Shown piece by piece: positions 57,760 through 64,000 of a stretch of DNA of 64,000 nucleotides (position 1 is its first letter; the number at the start of each line of letters is the position of its first letter). The DNA comes from Nitrospirota bacterium (lineage in GTDB: Bacteria; Nitrospirota; UBA9217). The position numbers and the translations under genes are program-made. Under the pieces are notes generated by a model. It saw nothing but the letters and a program-made list of their open reading frames with translations, had not been told where the DNA came from and ran no database searches. The DNA lies in NCBI GenBank assembly GCA_029858565.1, contig JAOUEV010000004.1:67157-131156 (forward strand), given 5' to 3'.

Positions 57760-58239
57760 ATGAAGAAAATTATCGTATTTGCAATGATGCTTGTGCTCGT
57801 TGCCGTTACCGCGGCGATCGCCGAGGAAGTATATGTCCAGAGCGCCAAGGTAAAGGTCATGTGGGAACCGTCGTTCAAGGCCAAGGTCATGACCGAAGTG
57901 ACCAAGGGCCACAAGTTCACTGTCCTGGGAAAACAGGGGAGTTGGGTCAAAGTGAAGCATGGTTTTGAGACGGGATATGTCCCGGCACTCCTTGTTTCCA
58001 AGAATCCGCCGCTTGCGGTCGTGGGCCTGGTAAAGGCCGATGAATCGGAGATCAAGGACAGTGTCCGCCGTCGGGCGTCTACGTACACCAGCGCCGCAGC
58101 CGCGAGGGGCCTGACCTCGGAAAGCAGGAAACGGCTGAGCAAGGAAGAAAAGGCCGATTACACAGCACTTGACAAGATCGAGTCTTTTTCGGTGAGCAAT
58201 GAGGAGCTCGCAAAGTTCATGGAAGGGGGGTCAAAATGA
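57760..58239 (+). CDS. Secreted SH3-domain protein with AAARGL tail
   Basis: Signal peptide (AIA-EE). SH3b-like YV.......P......V.KG....V....G.WVKV.....GYV, then RRRAS...SAAAARGL. Confidence 0.75.
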   Translation: MKKIIVFAMMLVLVAVTAAIAEEVYVQSAKVKVMWEPSFKAKVMTEVTKGHKFTVLGKQGSWVKVKHGFETGYVPALLVSKNPPLAVVGLVKADESEIKDSVRRRASTYTSAAAARGLTSESRKRLSKEEKADYTALDKIESFSVSNEELAKFMEGGSK

Positions 58240-59096
58240 TCCTTTCTTCCGGGATTACAAAGGCGCTTGCCGGCATAGCGCTGGTCCTGGTCTTGCCGTT
58301 GCTCGCCCAGGCCGTGGAAATGAAGGCCCGCGAACGGTGGCATTCCCAGGACATGGATGTTGTGGAGTCGGACATTGTGGCTGAAGTGAAGTTCGGCCGG
58401 GAGGTCGCGGCAAGGATCGTCGGCCGGTATGGTCTCTATGATGATGATCAGGTGAACCGGTATGTGAACCTGGTCGGCAGTTCCGTGGCCGTGAGCGCCA
58501 ACCGTCCGGAGCTCATATTCAGGTTCGCGGTTCTGGATACGCAGGAGATCAATGCCTATGCCGCGCCTGGTGGATATATATTCGTGACCAAAGGCGCTCT
58601 GGCGCAGATGCAGGATGAGGCTGAACTGGCCACGGTTTTGGCTCACGAGGTGGCGCACGTGGCAGGCCGCCATGTAGTGAAAGAATTGAACATCAAGGGC
58701 GCCGAAGGCGGCGCAGCAGGCGGAATGGCCCGGCTCGCCGGCGGCGCCACCGAAGCCGCGCGCGCGACCATGGGGCAGATCGTGGACAAGGCGGTCGATA
58801 TCCTGTTCAAGGACGGCTACAAGCGCGAGGACGAGATCCAGGCGGACAGGGATTCGATCCTGTATTCCACTGTGGCAAACTATGATGCCTCTGCGCTGAT
58901 CCGTTATTTCGAACGCTTGAATGCTGTAAAAGGAAAATCCACCGAGGTGCTCGACAAGACCCATCCGACCTATGATGCCCGTATTTCATGGCTCAAGGAT
59001 ACGATCAATGGAGAAGGCATCGATCCCTATAAGATGAAGAGCAATAAGGACCGTTTCCAGGAATCAGTGAAAACTGCGGAACTCATTAAGAAGTAA
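58236..59096 (+). CDS. M48-family (BepA-like) periplasmic zinc metallopeptidase
   Basis: Signal peptide, INAYAAPGGYIFVT.G, EAELA.VLAHEVAHV, Y.RE.E..AD, THP....RI. Confidence 0.9.
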   Translation: MILSSGITKALAGIALVLVLPLLAQAVEMKARERWHSQDMDVVESDIVAEVKFGREVAARIVGRYGLYDDDQVNRYVNLVGSSVAVSANRPELIFRFAVLDTQEINAYAAPGGYIFVTKGALAQMQDEAELATVLAHEVAHVAGRHVVKELNIKGAEGGAAGGMARLAGGATEAARATMGQIVDKAVDILFKDGYKREDEIQADRDSILYSTVANYDASALIRYFERLNAVKGKSTEVLDKTHPTYDARISWLKDTINGEGIDPYKMKSNKDRFQESVKTAELIKK

Positions 59097-59104
59097 ATGA
59101 CGAG

Positions 59105-59212
59105 AAGTAATAAGAGGTAAGTAGTAAGCGTGAAAAAACGGAACTAAGAAGCAAGCGGCAAGTGGTAAGCGACCTGCTAGAAAAGGATTGCTTAAACCTT
59201 ACGGCTTACTAC
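59105..59212. repeat. Degenerate heptamer-periodic intergenic element (GTAAG left / CTTA(C) right)
   Basis: AATAAGA GGTAAGT AGTAAGC ... GCAAGCG GCAAGTG GTAAGCG, then CTTAAAC CTTACGG CTTACTA. Confidence 0.65.
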
Positions 59213-59248
59213 TCTAGAGCTGATTATATTTTTCTCCGGGAGGTTCCC

Positions 59249-60496
59249 ATGATCCATCGTTTGAAGACGGCCGTCTTGTTGGGAGTCGCGGTTTTTACCG
59301 TATTTGTTGGTGCAGCATATGCAGACGAATACCATTATATTAACCAGATCGTAGGCGACCGTGCAGTGGGCATGGGCGGAGCCTATACCGCTGTGTCTGA
59401 TGACGTGGCCGGCCTGTTTTACAATCCGGCTGGTATAGCCTATTCAACAGGAGCGAACCTGTCGGGCAGTGTGAATGCCTATTCGAGCACCACAAAGAAG
59501 TACGACAATGTCCTGGCTGGAAAGGGTTGGGAACGCACCTCCACAGCACTCCTGCCGAACTTCTTCGGCATTGTTCAGCCGCTTGGTAATATTAAGTTCG
59601 GTTTTTCTTATGCGGTCCCTGATTCTGCCAGGGAAAATCAGGACCAGACCTTTGCTAACGTCCCGTCCCAAACTCCCGGCGTGGTGGTCAATAAGTATGT
59701 GATCAACTTCAATAACGAGGACAATACCTATAACTTCGGCCCCACCGTGGCAATGGACCTGAATAACGCCTCCTCGATCGGTCTGACGCTTTATTTCCAC
59801 CAGCGCTTCAACCAGCTGACGCTTAACCAATACTTGGAAAAGAACACCGCACCCGCGACCTACGAGTGGGATAATGTGTATTCGGAGTTGAGTGAGTGGG
59901 GATTCAAACCCGTGCTCGGCTATATGTGGACGCCGCTGGAGAAGTTATCCCTGGGATTGTCCCTGTCTAAGGTCATGGTGCAGCGATCGTTGGTAAGACA
60001 GCAAACAACAATGTGGGACAGTGGTACCGGAATAGTCACCAATACTACAATAGACTCGCATGAAAAACGGAAATATCCGGTCCAGGCGCGGCTTGGCGCA
60101 GCCTACTTCCTGTCGAACGCGCTGCTCATTTCTGGTGATGTTATCTACGATGCCAAGGTGACGGACGCTATCTTCGGGGATAAGGTCAAAACCATGAACG
60201 TAGCGCTCGGCACAGAATATTACTACGATAAGAACTGGGCTCTCCGCGGCGGATTCTATACGGATATGGCAAATTCCGCAGAAGTAGAGCTGGGGCGTCA
60301 GAACCAGGATGAACATCTGAATCTCTATGGCCTGACCGCGAGCGTCACGAATTTCTCACGGAATACATCGGTCACACTCGGCGGCGGGTATAGTTTTGGA
60401 CGCGGCAAGGCACAGGTCATCGCGAATAGTGATGATATCCAGACCGTACGCGCCCAGGGATTCACTGTGTATATCTCGTCGGCGTATATGTATTAA
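59249..60496 (+). CDS. FadL/TbuX-like outer-membrane beta-barrel transporter
   Basis: Signal peptide (AYA). G.RA.GMGGAYTAVSDD..G.FYNPAG.A hatch motif, ALRGGFYTD, terminal aromatic Y.Y. Confidence 0.85.
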   Translation: MIHRLKTAVLLGVAVFTVFVGAAYADEYHYINQIVGDRAVGMGGAYTAVSDDVAGLFYNPAGIAYSTGANLSGSVNAYSSTTKKYDNVLAGKGWERTSTALLPNFFGIVQPLGNIKFGFSYAVPDSARENQDQTFANVPSQTPGVVVNKYVINFNNEDNTYNFGPTVAMDLNNASSIGLTLYFHQRFNQLTLNQYLEKNTAPATYEWDNVYSELSEWGFKPVLGYMWTPLEKLSLGLSLSKVMVQRSLVRQQTTMWDSGTGIVTNTTIDSHEKRKYPVQARLGAAYFLSNALLISGDVIYDAKVTDAIFGDKVKTMNVALGTEYYYDKNWALRGGFYTDMANSAEVELGRQNQDEHLNLYGLTASVTNFSRNTSVTLGGGYSFGRGKAQVIANSDDIQTVRAQGFTVYISSAYMY

Positions 60497-60575
60497 GTAG
60501 CAGCAAGTAAGTAGTAAGCTATAAGCGATAAGTAAGAGTTGTAAACGCAAGCCTGCTTAGAGCTTTATAACTTAT
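60494..60575. repeat. Degenerate heptamer-periodic intergenic element (TAAG units)
   Basis: GTAAGTA GTAAGCT ATAAGCG ATAAGTA followed by CTTAG/CTTTA/CTTAT units. Confidence 0.55.
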
Positions 60576-60671
60576 TGCCATATTGCGATACCTGGGTAAT
60601 AGTCCCTTGACATCCTGAGCATAGTGATGCAAAAATTGACAAATAGCATACCAAGCAAGGAGGTATTGATC

Positions 60672-63600
60672 ATGAGTAAGCAGCGGTTTCTTATAGGTAT
60701 CACTTTGACAGCTGTTATTCTTTCCATGGCATTTGCCATGGCGGGATGCAGCGGCAAGGGCAGCAGCGGAGCGCCTGCGGGTCAGGTGGAGCAGGGTGCG
60801 ACCTTCAACATTAAGGGATCATCGCAACTTATCGCTCTGTCGAACACCGTGGCGCCGACTACAACGACCACAACGCAGGCGATCAAGAACAAGCTTGCAG
60901 CGACCTTCGGAGGAAAACCCGCGTTCCAGTATAAGGTTGTGAACCAGGGGCTTTCAAAAGAAGAGGTCATTGCCCGCGCAAAAGGTAAAAAAGCCCCGGC
61001 GGCGACTTCCTCCCAGGCAGCTTCAACAACACCGGTGGAATCGGGATCGAACCTGCTCCGGATCGATGAGAACGGGAACGCTGAACTGGCCATCCAGTCG
61101 GAATACATGATCAAGGTCATGTATTCGGTGACCGATCCCCAGGGCGAGTATGTTTACTTTGCCCTGGATACAGGCTTCCTGAAACCTGACGGTAACGACT
61201 ATACCCGGTTTATTGCAAAGTATAATTGTGCGTTCTATCGCGTGAGCACAGCTGATAATACCTCTTCTTGCGTGCAGGAAGGCGTATACATTCAGCCGAT
61301 TGACGATACCTATATGCAGCGCGTAAGCGGCAACCAGAAGCCGATTCAGTTCGATGCCGTGGGCAATATGTACTTTCCAGGTACGACCTTTACGCAGGTC
61401 TGCGACAATGACGGCATCTGCACCATGGCGGCAGCTGACTGGAAACCCCGCATCTATCGCATGAAAACGGATGACCTGTCGGTCACGGCGCTCACCCAGG
61501 ACAACCAGAAGATAAGCTATTACCTGGTGTTGCCCACCGGTGAAATTGCGTACCAGTCTATGAACATCCAGACCGGTGAAATCGCGCTATACCTCTGGAA
61601 GAAGACCGAGGGCGCAGCCAACGTGAACGGCACCACCACGAACCTTACCGGCAGCACCGTGGGCGTGGACTTCTTCACTGTGGATAACTACAACACGATC
61701 ATGTGGGGCGGTTGGAACGAGAGCGGCATGCGGTTTGCGCGGCCGGCCATGGGAACGAGTTTGATCGAGAAAGCTACCTTGAACACCAAGAACTTCTGGA
61801 ACGATCTTACGGACTATGCCTGTGATCCGACATATTATTCATATCAAGTTGCTTATGGTGGGGAAGGCGGTGCCTATCTTCCTGACTATATCGTCAGGAA
61901 CCTCAAGCAGCAGAATGCGCTGAAACCCTATCCTCCGAGGCGAATTGTTGTCGGTGACGACGGCCGTCTCTATGGTCTGTTCGAGGAGACGCTTGTCAAG
62001 AATACGAGGACCAAGGATGATTGGGGGAACGAGATCTGCAACTCACCGGACAAGATGGATTATTACACCTATCTGAAGATATTCCAGATCCTTCCCTATA
62101 GCCCGATCCCCAAGGCGAGGATCGAGTTCAAGAAGCTTTTTGCTGATCAGAGTTTCTCCTGGCAGCAGTGGATGGGGTCAACTCCATTTCAGGTATCCCA
62201 GGGGTTCCTGTTCTATAAGGACACCAAGGAGCGCATCGGCTTCGGCAACGTGGACGTGATCCAGATGGTGCGTCTCTCAGACGGGAAAACGACAACTCTG
62301 CTGAACTCCGACAACGATGTTTACCAGATATACAACTGGCGTCTGAAGGGCAACAAGGTCTATTTTGCAGCCCTTGATCTTTCCCAAACAGAGGTTGTGA
62401 CAGGAGAGATCAATACCACCCTCGTTGCCAGCGGCGCCCTGTCATCGGAGTATCTCAGCACCAAGCGTGCGGCATCGGCTGTAGGTGCCACCGGCAGGGT
62501 GCTGGACATCGAACCGATCGCAGCGGCTCCGAAGACCGAGAATTCCAATGCGCCTTATGTCAGGAAGTTCCATATTTCGCCGGATAACGTCTATTCAATG
62601 AGCATCGAGTTCAGCGAAGAGATGGACAAGGCAGCTGTTGAGAAGGCCTTCACGTTCAAGGATATGTCCGCAACGCCGCCGACGGATATTTCGACCATGA
62701 AAGTATGGATCAACAGCTTCCTGCACCTGATCCCGGACCTGAGCGTGAATGGAACCGGTCTTCCGAACGATGCTTTGCTCGATCTGAAGCAGACCGATCC
62801 GCTGAAGGTTGATACTCAGTACGATGTAACCTTGACCGCGTCTGCCCTTGATACGCAGACGCAGGCTTTGACGGACAACAGCGGCGCCAATAGCATGAAA
62901 AAGCTGTTCAGGACTAAGCCGCTCTTCGGGTTCTATGTTGCTGACGGCATCGGCAAGACAGCAGGGCCGCCACGCCACGCGGATTATGGATATCCTTTGC
63001 GGACAGACATGTACGATATGAATGTGTACAAAGCAGCAGCAGAATATGCATTGCCTGCTGAATTCCGCCTGCAGTTCAAGGCAAAGGATAATGAAGCCGG
63101 ATACATGACGATTCTTGTCCATGACAATACGTCCATATATGGCTCCAACTTGTTCAGTCTGCAGATAGGAAATGGTTGGGGAAATATAAACTATGGTTCC
63201 CCCAACTATTTCTATCAGTATTATCCGGGGTACGGGTGGTATAGCGATTACCGTTGGGCAAACGGCACCCTGCCTACCGGCGTCATGACTGGCAACTGGG
63301 TGCTATACCAGATGGATTTCATCGGGAGTACGGCATCGCTCCGCTATTCATTGGATGACGGAGCTTCGTGGCTACCTCTGATACAAGGGTGGCAGTACTA
63401 TGATGAAGTAACGTATATGTATCAGACTTACTCAACAGCTGATGTGCAGAAGCTTGTTTCTCGGGCCACGATGACGACCCATCTATTCCTCGGGATGAAT
63501 ATGGCGATGGATTTCGATGACATTGCCGTATGGGATGCGACAGGCGGTGTGATCGCGTCTGCACCATTGGTGAAAGTCGATTTTGCCGGAGATTATCTCC

Positions 63601-63803
63601 CCCATGGCGTGATAGCTTCGACGAACATCAAGATGCAAAGCAATATTGCGAATCCCTGGGCACCGCTCACCGGAGGGTTTACTTATAGAGGAGACGGAGC
63701 CATTATTGAGAATGAGCCTGAGTTCCTCGTACCTGCTAATACTTTTACGTATCTTGGTGAAAGTATGTCGTATCCCAGGCTGTATACTAATTTCTGGTGG
63801 TAA
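60672..63803 (+). CDS. Large (about 1040 aa) putative lipoprotein, beta-rich, with an Ig-like (Big_5-type) segment
   Basis: AAGGAGG RBS, lipobox-like FAMAGC followed by Ser/Gly/Thr linkers. Ig-like pattern AP.V....P.......IEFSE.MD...V..AF...PL...T.Y.VTL.. Confidence 0.75.
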   Translation: MSKQRFLIGITLTAVILSMAFAMAGCSGKGSSGAPAGQVEQGATFNIKGSSQLIALSNTVAPTTTTTTQAIKNKLAATFGGKPAFQYKVVNQGLSKEEVIARAKGKKAPAATSSQAASTTPVESGSNLLRIDENGNAELAIQSEYMIKVMYSVTDPQGEYVYFALDTGFLKPDGNDYTRFIAKYNCAFYRVSTADNTSSCVQEGVYIQPIDDTYMQRVSGNQKPIQFDAVGNMYFPGTTFTQVCDNDGICTMAAADWKPRIYRMKTDDLSVTALTQDNQKISYYLVLPTGEIAYQSMNIQTGEIALYLWKKTEGAANVNGTTTNLTGSTVGVDFFTVDNYNTIMWGGWNESGMRFARPAMGTSLIEKATLNTKNFWNDLTDYACDPTYYSYQVAYGGEGGAYLPDYIVRNLKQQNALKPYPPRRIVVGDDGRLYGLFEETLVKNTRTKDDWGNEICNSPDKMDYYTYLKIFQILPYSPIPKARIEFKKLFADQSFSWQQWMGSTPFQVSQGFLFYKDTKERIGFGNVDVIQMVRLSDGKTTTLLNSDNDVYQIYNWRLKGNKVYFAALDLSQTEVVTGEINTTLVASGALSSEYLSTKRAASAVGATGRVLDIEPIAAAPKTENSNAPYVRKFHISPDNVYSMSIEFSEEMDKAAVEKAFTFKDMSATPPTDISTMKVWINSFLHLIPDLSVNGTGLPNDALLDLKQTDPLKVDTQYDVTLTASALDTQTQALTDNSGANSMKKLFRTKPLFGFYVADGIGKTAGPPRHADYGYPLRTDMYDMNVYKAAAEYALPAEFRLQFKAKDNEAGYMTILVHDNTSIYGSNLFSLQIGNGWGNINYGSPNYFYQYYPGYGWYSDYRWANGTLPTGVMTGNWVLYQMDFIGSTASLRYSLDDGASWLPLIQGWQYYDEVTYMYQTYSTADVQKLVSRATMTTHLFLGMNMAMDFDDIAVWDATGGVIASAPLVKVDFAGDYLPHGVIASTNIKMQSNIANPWAPLTGGFTYRGDGAIIENEPEFLVPANTFTYLGESMSYPRLYTNFWW

Positions 63804-63842
63804 AGGACAGCAGTTCTCGTCATTGCTTAGTATGATTGTATT

Positions 63843-63872
63843 AAGGCGGCCTCTTCGGAGGCCGCTTTTTTT
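63843..63872 (+). terminator. Rho-independent terminator after the lipoprotein gene
   Basis: GCGGCCTC-TTCG-GAGGCCGC followed by T7. Confidence 0.93.
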
Positions 63873-63878
63873 ATTGTG

Positions 63879-64000
63879 GTGCGCCCAGCATGGGCGCACT
63901 CCTATGGGTGCAAGTCCCATCGTAAGTTGATCACGACGAACGAAGCGAAGCGCAACTGCATGAGGGCGACCGAGTGTGGGAAGGAAGCGCAGAGCGAAGT
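63879..64000 (+). mobile_element. 5' end of a group II intron, class C (IIC), truncated by the window edge
   Basis: Starts with GTGCG in the IIC-typical context GTGCGCCCAGCATGGGCGCA, followed by the ATGGG-TGCAAGT-CCCAT hairpin, 6 nt after a terminator U-tract. Confidence 0.85.

Overview
A 64-kb bacterial chromosomal segment. It has no rRNA, so taxonomy is inference only: gene content and order suggest an anaerobic or microaerophilic Gram-negative of the Nitrospirota/Desulfobacterota type. From left to right: (1) a c-heme sensor diguanylate cyclase and a cytochrome c nitric-oxide reductase (norCB, with a di-heme NorC); (2) the ccsA-hemA-hemC-cobA/hemD-HesB-hemB tetrapyrrole operon; (3) a 13-heme cytochrome c / cytochrome b pair behind a long structured leader; (4) hflX, an LPS heptosyltransferase and ihfA-merR-tRNA-Pro(GGG); (5) a ~22-kb Wzx/Wzy exopolysaccharide cluster between tRNA-Pro and surE-pcm that combines APS kinase, a sulfotransferase and UDP-sulfoquinovose synthase, preceded by two FecR-domain proteins and a beta-barrel; (6) smr, DUF190-crcB, nfu, a complete rnfCDGEAB operon and gcvH-lpdA; (7) a CHASE2 adenylate cyclase / SH3 / M48 peptidase / FadL-like barrel / large lipoprotein module; (8) the 5' end of a class C group II intron inserted just after a terminator. 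Three genes (wzc, smr, DUF190) each carry a single-base frameshift. Many intergenic spacers hold inverted-repeat elements built from 7-9-nt tandem units. Best candidates for undescribed biology: the sulfated/sulfoquinovosylated EPS island with its repeat-tailed FecR protein, the cAMP-linked periplasmic protease module, the putative four-way-junction RNA before the multiheme cytochrome, and the periodic-arm repeat family.
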